From the NCBI RefSeq assembly GCF_009834535.1, contig NC_045696.1:39496001-39560000 (forward strand): 64,000 bases of DNA, in the 5' to 3' direction. The translations under genes were made by a program, and so were the position numbers. Position 1 is the first letter of the stretch. The number at the start of each line of letters is the position of its first letter. Positions 1-23,241 of this stretch are shown here, piece after piece. The DNA comes from Camelus ferus. Its lineage: Eukaryota. The notes under the pieces are model-generated. The model saw only the letters and a program-made list of their open reading frames with translations, ran no database searches and was not told the DNA's origin.

Positions 1-1609
1 ATTCTTTGAGGATATCTGCCAAATTAGTTATTTTTAATAGTTAAACTATAACCTGAATTGTAATAAATCGATAAATTGGTTTGAAACTCTGCATGTAATA
101 CCCAGGGTTAGAAAGATGGCAAGCAGTAGGCATGGAGGATTCTAAAAGCCTCAGGCTGCCTCGTCAAATCAGAAAATGGAAGCAACGCTGACCAGCACTA
201 AGCGCAAATAAGCATAGATAAATCACTATGAAGATTTTCATTTACAAATGCATTATTCATTTGTTGCTAGGTAACAGAGGTGTTCGACTGGTACAACTTG
301 ATTGTGAACTTTAGTTTGGTACCTCCCTACCCACTTCATAAGCACATACATCCACGAGAGTCAATGCTGTATCTCTAGATGATCACAAAACCAGCTCGCT
401 TTCCTAAGTGACTGTCAACTCATTGAAACCATGATGGATTAGATTATGCCTAGTTTTATGTTCAAACATGTTTTGAAATGTGAACAGGAATAGGTGAAGG
501 ATACTTTAAAATACTAACGAGTTTAACTTCTAGAATCAAAACCAAGTACACTTATTGGAAGACAGAATGCAGTTTAATTACCTTGCTCTGCTGGTATATG
601 CTGGTGTGTATCTGGCATAAAACCACCTGCAGAAACAAGTCTGTGAGGTTTTACGTTGCATGACCCATGACTCGGATTCAGGTTATAATACAAAGGTATT
701 TAGTGAAGCAATATTGTAAATGTCCAAGCTCCCTAACTTAAATGTGGTAGTACAGGTTTACTGTGAAATTGGAACTTACACATGTGTGTCTTTGGAAAGA
801 AGGACCAACTTTTTTTAAATGTAGGATTTCAAACACATAGTTAATACTTGTGGCAGAGATAGTACAAACATCCTTAAAATTTTTTCTAAATGGGCTCTTA
901 AGAGATGTATACTGGGAACCTCAGTCTTCACAGACCAGGAATGAGACAGTTATATAGAAAGTCAAACAATATTGCAAAACAATGTTGGAATACAAAGGTT
1001 AACAGGTCATTCATAAGGTAGCAGACTTTATATATGAGAAAAAGACCCACCTTAAATATTTTGAAATAAGTGTAGTGTGCACTGAATGACTATGAAGCCA
1101 GACTGTGATGATAGCAATACCAAAGGTAAAATGCACTGAGAGGGATGATAAGAGATTCCAAGCAGAGAAAGCAGCCACCTGAGCAAAGGTCAGATGGAAG
1201 AGAATTAAGGGAATGTTCAGGAAAACGGTGAGTGATGAGCAGGGGAGGAATGAAGGAGAAGATAAGGCTGAAAAGCGAGGTTTGGGTTCAAATGGTAGAT
1301 TGCTTTCAAAGTCAGGCTTAATTCAGAAAGTTTTCTGTAGGAGAAGGGAGGATGCTTAGAGTATTAGAGGAGGGCAATAATAATGGGATTTGGGGAAGAA
1401 ATTCTGAAGGGAGAGAATGGAGGTCATAGTGACCAAAGGCAAGTAGGGAATTGCAAATATTCAGGTGAGAGGGAATGTGGGACCTAAGTAGTGGGTGGCG
1501 GGCAGAGGCAGGAAATAAGGAACACTTCAAAGGTAGACTCAATGGGATTTGATTTGAGCAATGAAGGAGAGAAAGTCAAATTATTTTGTGGTTTTGGTCG
1601 TGAAAGGCT

Positions 1610-1950
1610 ACGTGGTGGTTTTCATGATGACCACAAATCCTTGACACTCCTCCCATTGAGAAACTCTGGGATCTAATTCCTTCTCTTTGAATTGGGAGCT
1701 GGTCTTAATGACTCACTTGTAACCAATGGAATGTGAAGGAAGTGACATTACATAATCCCTGGGATTAGATCAGAAGGCAACCGCCTCTGCCTTGATGGGT
1801 AGAATGCGTGTTGTGAGCCACCTGTAGGCACTAGGTCCACAGTCCAAGCTAAGCCTAGCCTTCCCACAGACATGTAAGTAAAAAACCAGCAGATGATTCC
1901 AGCATTGATAAATTTTAACAGCAAAAGACTCCTGGAAGGATAAATCATTA
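1610..1950. mobile_element. MaLR (MLT1-type) LTR relic
   Basis: Typical MLT1 phrases (cttgacactcctcccattgag; gactcacttgtaaccaatggaatgtg..gaagtgac); bounds approximate. Confidence 0.55.
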
Positions 1951-2509
1951 AAAAAAAAAAAAAAACATTATTTGGCCTTCTATTCTGGTGCTCTTTAGCA
2001 GAAGTTTTTATCTCATTAATTACTCAGTTGAATAGGTGGGTAAGTAGAGAACAGTGATGGGTATAAAGTGGTAGTTAGAAATTTGCTCCAAAGCATTTAT
2101 GTCCCACCCCCAAAATTTCCATGCCTTATGACCACCAATACACGTGTTCAAGGCATTTGGAGGTGTACGCTGTGCCTCTAGTAGACTCAGACATCAATAT
2201 AAATTTGGAAGAGAAATTTAAGTTTGGATAACAGCAGAATGATTTTCCAATAGTTACACAATGCTGTCATTTTTTCCCCATAGTCTCATCTGTAAGAAAA
2301 AGACATGATTATTGAAGAGTATGAAAAACAATATGCACAGAAAAGTTTTGAAATTTCTTCTTAGTCCAATGTCCAGACCCCAATAGCCCTAAACACGACT
2401 AAATAGGCTGGCAAAACTATATGATAGGGACTTACTCTGTAAAAGGTAAATTGAAGTTTATTTGAACATTTGTTCCCACATGTGTGTATTATGGGATCAT
2501 TGGGGTATT

Positions 2510-3020
2510 TTTCCCATTTAATCAGCTTTGTTGAAGTATAAATCATAAAACCATGGAATTTTATTGTGCGTAAGTGTCAAGTTCCATGAGTTCTGATAAA
2601 TGTATACAGTCTGGTACCCACTACAATCAATACATAGGACACTTCTACCACCTCAAGGTATTTTGTTCCGTCACAGTCAATTCCCCAGCCCCAGACCCTG
2701 GCAACCACTGATCTGCCTTCTGTTTCTAGGGTTTTAACTTTTCTAGGTTTTCATGAAAGGAGTTACACAGTGAGTGCTATTGTGTCTGACTTCCTTCATT
2801 TGCAATAATGCTTTTTTGATATTCACCCACGTTATTGCATTTATCAATGAATGTTCTTTCTCATTGCTGAGTACTATTTTAACGTATGGATGTATCATAA
2901 TTTATTTACCTATTTATCTGCTAATGGGCATTTGTATTATATCTACATTTTGGCTATTATGAATAAAGCACCTATGAAAATTCAAATGCAAAACTTGTAT
3001 GTTTCTTGGATAAAATATTT
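2510..3020 (-). mobile_element. Old L1 3' end fragment
   Basis: ggcaaccactgatctg / ttctcattgctgagtactat / tggctattatgaataaagc are L1M 3' UTR signatures in antisense. Confidence 0.7.
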
Positions 3021-3114
3021 AGAAATGAGGAACAGCAGTTTTAGTACTAAGAAATATTCATCTTCCCTATATCAATTATTCTGAAAAAAAAAAAAGAAAA
3101 ATACAAACATTTCT

Positions 3115-4366
3115 TAGTCATAGTTCAAAATAAAATTTATCAGCACATCTGGGGGAAGACAGTTAAAGAATTCACACATTTTCTAGCCCTAACAAGTCAC
3201 ACAAAACCATACATTCAACATATTCCAAGAAAATGCTTAATAATATGTACAAAGATACTATTCCTTACAAATTTCAATGTTATGAATAAAATAAAATACA
3301 TTTCATATTATTACATGAACAAAGAACTTTAATGTGATTTTCTCTTAAGAGCAGACTTACAGAATCTCTAATTTTAAAAAGGGATAATTTCAATTAATCC
3401 ATCTTCAAAGAAATGTATTTATACAAAGCCTACAAGCTTCTCACACTAGCTGTCTGCTTTAATTAAAGAAATGTTTCCCAAATGAGAAACAGCTCCTAAA
3501 TTCACAACATCCCCAGGACTGTTCCTAGTTTAAACCTCCACATAGAAATGTCTGCAACAGAAATTTTTAGATATTAGAATCCAAGGTTACAAGCTTTCCC
3601 ATTCAAAAGTGCAGAGAATTCCAACATTAACAAATTATAGTTCTACAAAAATCAAAATTACAACTTAGATGTCCCTTGTTTAAGTAACAGTGATGTCACT
3701 TTAGGGTTTAACTATAGGTTATCATTGAATTGTAACACATGCAGAGATTAAGAAAATTTCAAGTATTCTTAAATATCTATCAATATAAAAATGAGTGTTT
3801 TACAATAATATGATCTCTAGAGAAAGACATATAAAGATTATGATCAAAGAAACTTCAGTAATGACAATGTAGAATTTTCATCTTCATTTCCAGTTGCTTT
3901 CTAAAATTACTAGTAAGTCTCAACTTCACTGAATTAGTGAAAATTAAATTTATCCCACAGATTTTTGTGGCAGAACCTTTATAAAACACATGAAACAAAA
4001 ATAACATGAGAAGTTTCCTGATAAAAATTATAATATCTAGATCTCTTTAACCAGTTCTTGGAAACTTAATGTCATTGTTTGTAAACGAGTCATATAAAAT
4101 GATTCTAAAAGTATGAATGAGTTTTCATCAAGCAACTGACTTTGACAAGCTGCCATCTCACCAGCCATCACTGACAGCACCTAATGGAAACTTGCAGTGC
4201 TTAAAACACATTTCACCACCTGCCAAGGAGGCAGACTCCAGGTAGAGAAGACTGGAGTTCTAACACATAGCTAAGTGCCACATAGTGGCAGTGGTGCTGG
4301 CCAGTGGAATGAGAGGAAAAAGGTGCACGCATTCTGTTTCCCCCAAGGAAGGGTGTTCTACCTGCA
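3115..4366 (-). other. CPOX: Probable CPOX 3' UTR (3' end uncertain)
   Basis: AT-rich stretch without obvious repeats after the stop. Variant hexamer GATAAA (3141-3136) is followed by a GU/U-rich tract (3110-3085); ATTAAA candidates also lie near 3330 and 3460. Confidence 0.5.
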
Positions 4367-15829
<11,463 letters not shown>

Positions 15830-15982
15830 GCTCCCGTGCTGTCACCCTGGGCAGTGCCCGCGTCCCAGAGACCGGCCCCTGAGCCGCTGGAGTCCCGAGC
15901 GGTGAGCGGCGGACCACACTAGGAGAGGGAACCTTTGCGGGGTAAGAGCTACTACCGGGTCGGCTCCCCGAGGGGTGCGAGG

Positions 15983-16006
15983 CGGGGCATGCTGGGAGCT
16001 GTAGTC
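15983..16006 (-). promoter_or_regulatory. ZNF143/THAP11-type ACTACA-SBS composite motif in the CPOX promoter
   Basis: Minus strand reads GACTACAGCTCCCAGCATGCCCCG, matching ACTACAnnTCCCAnnATGC. Confidence 0.75.
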
Positions 16007-17759
16007 GCCGCTCCTATCGACGCCTGCAGGAGCGCCGCGCCTAGGAGATAAACAGAAGAATCCACGGTTCCCAGGGGCAAGGCCGACGGGGAGAGAGCTG
16101 CGGTGCGGAGGTAGGAGAGGGCAGTGGAAGCGAAGGCGGAGATAAAAGAGGCTTTTTTGTCACGTACAACCTCTGGTCTGCGGTGCAACCAAACAGAGGG
16201 AGAACACAAAGTAGAGCTGGATTCTGAGGACTAACTGGGGCAGAAATCTGGCCAGAGACCCCAGCCTCGACTTACATTTTAAAACACAGGTGCAAATCCT
16301 GGCATGTGTATGGATAGCCAGCCCTTTGGTCCCCGGTTCCAGCCCTCTGGAGCTTCTAGAAAGCTCGTAGGCTTGGTGGGGGCGGAGCCTGGGAAACTCC
16401 TTCCCGTGGGCGGCTTTTTACAGGGAGTCAAAAAAGTTGGTTAAAGGGCTCCTTAGAAAATCCTAGGAAAAGACTTTCTGGAATCAACTCCACAGCACAG
16501 TTCTATCATTAAAACCTTCCCAGGCTGTGCTCCTACAGCGCCCATTTATTTTAGAACTAGGAAAGCAAAGATTGTTTTACTAAACCAGCAGAAAACTCAT
16601 GACTTGGTGTGTTTGACCAAAGAGTAAGATTTAAAAATACTTATTATCCTACAGTTGTAGGATGCTGCCAAGTATTTCCCACCTTTAGTACTTCCAACAA
16701 CTCCTGTAGACTAGGCAGTACAAACATTCACACTCCTCCTCGCCCCACTCCCTCCCCTCCCCCCGCAACCCCCCCCACCGGCCCCCAGCCACCCTGCGCT
16801 TCTCCTCACTTTAAAGAAACGAGGAAGAAAGCTAACATTTAATAGATTTTTTGTTGTTGTTCCTGTAACCATACCACAGTTCCATGTTGTCTGGAAATAC
16901 AAGTTTAAGAATAATTCGTGAGCTAATTTGCCCCCTAAGTCTCCCGGATGATTTTAATGTCTAGTAGTGAATAATAATTAAAGCCACTGGTGTTGGTTTC
17001 TACAAGTTTTTTCTTAGTGGCTAGATGCAGTGATGGAACTTCCACGGCTATGGGTCAGACCAGTTGTTCAGGGCAGTGTGTTTTATCTGTCCATACCTGC
17101 ACCAGTAGCTCTCATGCAGGAGCACCTTGTTAGCTGGGTGGACAAGCTTGACTCTCTAGCAGATTCAATGAATGGTAAAGTCCTGGATTAATAAGTGAAT
17201 AAACTACTTTGGAGGAAGTTTTAGCCATGGTGGAACTTGCTGGGATGCTGAGTTGGCAAAGGAGAGGAAAGATAAGCTCTATCGCTCTATATTATGGCCC
17301 ACTGCAAGGAATGTAGGGGCTGACTGAGCACCAGAGGGACCAAACCCAGCCAGAAGCCTGGCAGGTCTTTTGGCAGGGGAGACACCAGCACTGAGGAACC
17401 TGGAGAAAGTTTGGCTCTCAACAGGGAGAGGGAGGGTCTGGGAGCCCCATGTGCCTTTCAGAACAAGGATGGCTTCACCTCCCGCCATTGCCATCCCTAA
17501 CACTCCTGGGCTGACTTAGCATCTTCTCCACCTCACAGCCCCATGCTCACCCCACCTAACACTTGTCCTACAGACAGCATGTCTGTCCACCCTGCTAGGC
17601 TGTGAGCTTCCTGAGAACAGGGTCTTTTTATCCCCAGAACCCACCACAGAGCCTGGCTTGTGACGGGCTCTGAATGTTTATAGAATGAATGAATGGAGGG
17701 CAGTCTGAGCAGGAGAAACTTCCAGGTGTTTGAAAAAAATCAAGAAGAAAGTGCTGTGA

Positions 17760-18078
17760 AGCAGTGAGATGTAGGGGTGGGCAAAATGGACAAAAGGGAT
17801 CAAAAGGTACAAACTTCCAGTAATAAGATAAATAAGTCATGGAGATGTCATGTACAACATGATGACTGTAGTTAACAATACTGAATTGTATATTTGGAAG
17901 TTGCTAAGAGCATAGATCTTAAAAGATCTCATCACAAGAAAAAAATTTTTACTGTATGGTGATGGGTATTAACTAAATATTGTAGTTATCATTTTGCAAT
18001 ATATACATATATCAAATCATTATGTTGTATGCTTAAAACTAATGTATATGCCAATTATACCTCAATTAGAAAAAAACA
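17760..18078 (+). mobile_element. L1MA-type 3' end
   Basis: aaaggtacaaacttccag...ttaacaatactgaattgtatatttggaagttgctaagag...caattatacctcaat followed by an A tail. Confidence 0.8.
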
Positions 18079-21000
18079 GCAAAAAAGACCAATCACTCTA
18101 CGAAGGGTTTGTTTGCCTCTTGTAGAAGGCTTGATAAGGTTTGACTGAGCCTGGTGGTGATAAATGAACCTCATTAATGAGAAGGAACCTCTGTGGCCCA
18201 TTTTTCTTTAAGAACTCCCTTAATTATCTTGCTCCAATTCTGAGAATATTCATACAGTTCATAAAAGATAAGCAGGCACAAGCTGTTTTGAACATTTGCC
18301 AAGTCAGATAGGTTGGTCTGGAGCCTGCTGTGTACTAGTTTCCAGGCTTCCATCCCCCCATCCTTACCCTCTCTGTGCACATGGTCTCTCTCATTTCCTC
18401 CTCTGGTTTCCAGTGTCTTCCCTATCCTCCCCATATTATGCTACATTTAAGAAAGACATTAAGAGCCTGGTTAGTGTGAGTTTAAATCACACTTCCTAGG
18501 GGTTCAAATTGTCCCCAAGGAATTTACTTGTATTTAAGCCTTATTTGTCAGCGTGGAGTAAAAGGCATCCCCTACTCAAGCAATTTCAAGCATCAGAAAG
18601 CCAGCAGGGACCAATCATAAGTTTACGGTAAGTTGTAAAACAAGGTGTATAGTAGAGTTTCTGTTCCTTTTTGGACCCAGTTTCTTGCTTTGCTTTATGT
18701 TCTGGTGACCCTATCAGCCAAAAAGATTTTGACTAGCCTTGTACAAACTGACAAGGAATATTAAGTATCATTGTTCAAACTCCACTGGCTTTCCAGAATG
18801 CTTATGAATTTGACTCCTCCTCTCTGCCCCAAAGCCCTGTTGAACCTTTAGCCTACTGATGGTATATTAGTCTGCCCTTTTCTAAAAAATTAATTAGAAG
18901 GGATTCTAACATCCTTCTGATAGCTTTACTGCCTTCTAACCATGCACACACACATAATTCCCACTACCTTTACTAAATTGTACTATTTTCACCAACTCCC
19001 AAGTTTTAAGAGCCAAACTTAAGAAATATTTTATAAAATGACTTAGTTCTGTTACTTTCAGCTAGATACAGAATGTCAGGCTAATTATTAACAAAGTACT
19101 GTATTACCAAATAGATATGTTTACCTTGGCACACTGCTGCCAGTTTATCAGAACTTCTAGTGGGAATGGTTGTGGGGTGATAATAGATTAGCAAAGAAGT
19201 GGAATTTTTGAGTTTTTTTTACTCTATTTTGTCCTAGAATTTGCATTTTAAACTTTTGAATCTTCAGAGGCAAATATTTACATAGATCATTCATATAATT
19301 GGTTTTCAAAGCTAAATGTAGCCTAATATCCAATTCAATTTTGTGTTGCTGACTTGCTTTTTCTTTAACTGGAGTAATTTTAAAACTAGCTTTTCATAGA
19401 GGTATAGATACCACTCAAATATTCCAGAAAAGTTTTATAAAAGAGAAAAATCCATGGTGCCTGCCCCTTAAGTCCTTTATGTTCTGCCTTTAGCGCTTCC
19501 TTTATTCTTCCCTATAGTAATATGCATGTGATATCTGGAGCTGCAGCAACCATTTTGTGACCAAGATTAGGAAAGTCTCATGAAAAAAGTTTGCAGAGCA
19601 ATAAGATAGAAGATGGCTCGGTCCTGATGAGATTCTTGAGCAGATACATCAGCCCTCAGCTGCCTACCATTAGAGTTGTTGTTACAGGAGAAGAAATAAA
19701 TTAAGGTACTGGTTGTCAGGTTTTCTTTCACTTGCAGCTTAGGTCTTTCTAATACTCTATTTCTTCTTTGTTCAGATGTCCACCCTGGAACCAGTCAAAA
19801 ATGGCTAGGGGTAGGAGATGGGATCATGTTAGAACACAAGGAAACTCCCACTGTAATTAGTGTTGGAGAGGATGAGTGGTGATTGTGGGATGTGTAAGAA
19901 AAGGGAGATACGATGAACAGACAATATCATAAATGCCTACTTTAAAGAGAAATTTTTAAGATGATTCCAGGTATTGAGCCTGTAGATCTAAGATTACCAA
20001 AAATATGAAATGCATAAAGAAGAACTAGCAAGTATAGGGGGGACAGGAGGGAATCACTTTGATCCAGACAGTTTTTTAAAAGAGTTGTTTCCACCAATTT
20101 AGCCAAAGCTCTCCAAATGTCCATTTGCCTGGGTACAGGGTTTTCCTGGCCACCCAGCCCTTCACTATACAGTGCTCTCCACACCCATTCTAGGAGGCTT
20201 AAGAATATCGTGGGTCAACTGATAAGGGTGGGGGTCATTTGGCAAAATATTAGGGACAAAGCTTTGGGATATATGCAGGTGTTTTCTGTTAGACAATCAA
20301 GAAACCATGGGCATTGGGCTCTGTTGAGTAGGGCTTATCATACAGAAATAAGAAGACATGTAACATTGCCCCTGGGTACCGCCTCCATGACAATTTCATG
20401 GCACTTGCAACCAGTGATATTTGCAGAAGAAATGCAAAGCTGCTTCCACTTGTGGCATGGAGAATTCATCTCATCTGGTGGACTAGGATGCTCTCCTGGA
20501 AAATACACATTTAAAACCTATTAACTTAAACTCATCAACACCTTTTTAAGCTTAGGAGTCAAGAAGTTGGTTCTCTTTGTTCTTTGTATCTATCTAGAGT
20601 GGCCTTTTCTCCCATGTCTAACTGTTTAGCTAGGACCAGGACTTGGTTCTAGAAGTGATGGGGAGGAATAAATGCAAAGGAAGGGAAAAACACATTTATA
20701 ATACTTTCTCGTACTGCAGACACATTGAACTTGAGATGCTGGTGGGTTGTGTAAATCTAAGTGTGGATCCGGAGAGAGGTAGGGACTAGAAGAGGGAATT
20801 TGTGAGATATCCACAGCTGGAATGATGAAAAGGCCACCGAACTTTTAGAACAAAAAGGTAAAGAGTTCAAAGTCAGAAGACAGGGCACCAGACACATTTA
20901 GGGACAAAAGAAACAAGAAGTCTTAGGACCTTTGGTTCTATGTCCCAGAAGCATGGGGGAGTAGGGGGCATCAAGGAGAAGAGTGTAGCCAGTGGGCAAA

Positions 21001-21202
21001 GAGCTGCAATTTCTGATCAGAGAACGTAAGTGCTGAGTACTTGTTACTAGAAATTATGAAGTCACTGGCTGCCTTGGAATCAGAGCTTCAGAAAACCAGA
21101 GAGGTGGCAGCTAAATTGAAAGAATATGTAGAACAATAGTAGCTCAGGGTGGGCAGTTATAAGATTGATCTTTTGTCTGAGTTGGAAGACTTGAGCATGT
21201 TT

Positions 21203-21237
21203 TTGGTTTTGGTTTTGGTTTGGTTTGGTTTGGTTTG
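21203..21237. repeat. (GTTTT)n/(GTTTG)n pentanucleotide microsatellite
   Basis: Seen directly. Confidence 0.85.
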
Positions 21238-21619
21238 CTGAAAGGAGTGAGGGAACACTGAGAACCTAAAAATGCAAGAATGTGCGCTACTAGGAGACCT
21301 CATGGCCAGCCCAAGTTTTATTTTCTCCGCTCCTTTTCCCAAATGGAACCATTCAGCCTCCATTCTGAGTGCACAAAGGTCAAGGGGAATGGGAATGTGG
21401 ACTGGGGCAAAAGATTTAACACTTTTGGTCCTAATATATGTGCCTTCAAGGGACCTGGCTTTCTTGCTCCAAATATTTGGCCTCACCGTCATCCTAACCA
21501 GCTCCCGGGCAGCCTTAATGTCCTAGCCTCAGTTGTTATCAAAGGGTTATGAGAACTTTGTGGGGTAATTATTCTTGGTCAGACTGAGTTCTGGATCATT
21601 CATCCTTCCTATGGACACT

Positions 21620-22500
21620 TATTTAGCACTTTCTTTGTGCTGTGTTCAAAACAACCTCATAAAAGATGGAAACACCATTACTACCCTCACATGATGGATC
21701 AGAAACTGGAAGTTTAGGCATAGACCAAGCATAGACCCTGTTTCTAATGCTGTTAACATTACTCCACTGTTCTTCATCTGACCCAGAAGCACTGTCCACT
21801 AAAACAATGAAACCAATGTTTTCTAAATACCTACACCTTACTAGGAACTTCAGAGCCCACAAAGGAGCTAGTAGCCTTCTCCTATCCTCCTAGAAACAGA
21901 GATTCCATTTGAGTTGCCAGATAATCTCTTTAAATGAAATACCACGTAGGCAGTCCCCATTTTGCATGGTACTTTGGGATCATAAAAATGACCATACAAA
22001 CAGAAGATAGAAAAATCAATCTTAAGAATCAGTGTAAAAAATGATTGTTCTGTGATCTTTAAAAACATTTTGTCAAAACAGTAAAGATTTAGTTACTGTA
22101 AGTTATAAGTGAAAATATATCAAAACTGATATTTATTCAGTACACTGCAATTTAAAGCATTAGGAACATTCAGAATTAAAGTGTTTTATTTATTTGTACT
22201 TACCAAGAATAGTTTCAACAGTGCTTGCCTTTTTCTCATTGCATTGCTTACAATATGGAGTAAGTATCTTTTCTATGCCTTGGTGAATTGTCATGCTCCT
22301 TTATAAATTTGTAATCTAATATTTTATCCTTTGTGCTTTCAATGTTGTGAAATAGTCCAAGAGTTCCTTCAATGTGAAGCTTTTTGGTTTTTGGTCTTTG
22401 GTTTTTGTTTTTACCAGCATCACTTCCTCTGGGACATCTTTATTTAGCTTATCATAACCACTTTCTTCATTATGTCAGTAAGTTCACATTCACTAAGTAC
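21620..22500. mobile_element. Probable hAT-Charlie DNA transposon internal relic
   Basis: Decayed AT-rich segment resembling Charlie1 (tatttattcagtacactgca, tttcaacagtgcttgcc); assigned by eye. Confidence 0.45.
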
Positions 22501-22519
22501 CTGTGCTTCACTTTATGTA

Positions 22520-22735
22520 TCTACTCGGTTGGGCTATAGTGTCCAGATACTTGGTTAAATTTTGAACCACGGCATCAGCTTTCCCCTGGATCATCAGCCT
22601 GCTGGTCCACTCTGCAGATTTTGGATTTGCCAGCCTCTGTAATCATGTGAGTCGATTCCTTAAAATGTTTCTCCCTATGTATATGCACACATATCCTGTT
22701 GGTTCTGTTTGTCTGGAGAACCCGGACTAATACAA
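22520..22735 (+). mobile_element. MLT2 (ERVL) LTR fragment
   Basis: cagcctctgtaatcatgtgagtcgattcctt...ggttctgtttgtctggagaacccggactaataca is the MLT2 3' end. Confidence 0.75.
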
Positions 22736-23140
22736 TTCCTCTGGCTGAGTAAGTGTCTCAAATGGTGGCAGTGATGACATTTCCATGGTCAGCTGTTTCT
22801 TTCCTAGTTCCATTTATATTCAATTAGAATTTTACGTATAGTATTATTACTTCTTGTTTCTTTGCTGTACTTGCATCTCTGTTGCCCAGTTACCTCTTTC
22901 AGTTATCCATTTTTGTAAAATGTCATGGGGTTTATTTATCACAGGTAGACAAGGAAGCCACATAGCTACATACTTTGCTCTCTGCATAAACTGAGTAACA
23001 GACGTGCAGTAACCTATCATCAACAGACTTTTGAGAGGGTATTGTGATTGGTCAGTGAACATTATACGCACCTATTATTTATGTGGTGATCTGTGGACTG
23101 AAGAGCTAGCATAAAGTTTGCACTTAAATATCTCTACCCC

Positions 23141-23142
23141 TA

Positions 23143-23197
<55 letters not shown>

Positions 23198-23241
23198 GTC
23201 TATCTATCTATCTCTCTACATATCTATCTGTCTGTCTATCT
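23141..23241. repeat. Compound (TCTG)n(TCTA)n microsatellite
   Basis: Seen directly. Confidence 0.92.

Noticed and set aside
20117..21552. Intergenic ORFs of 80-135 aa
   Set aside because: No recognisable domain, no supporting splice structure, and overlap with repeats or microsatellites.
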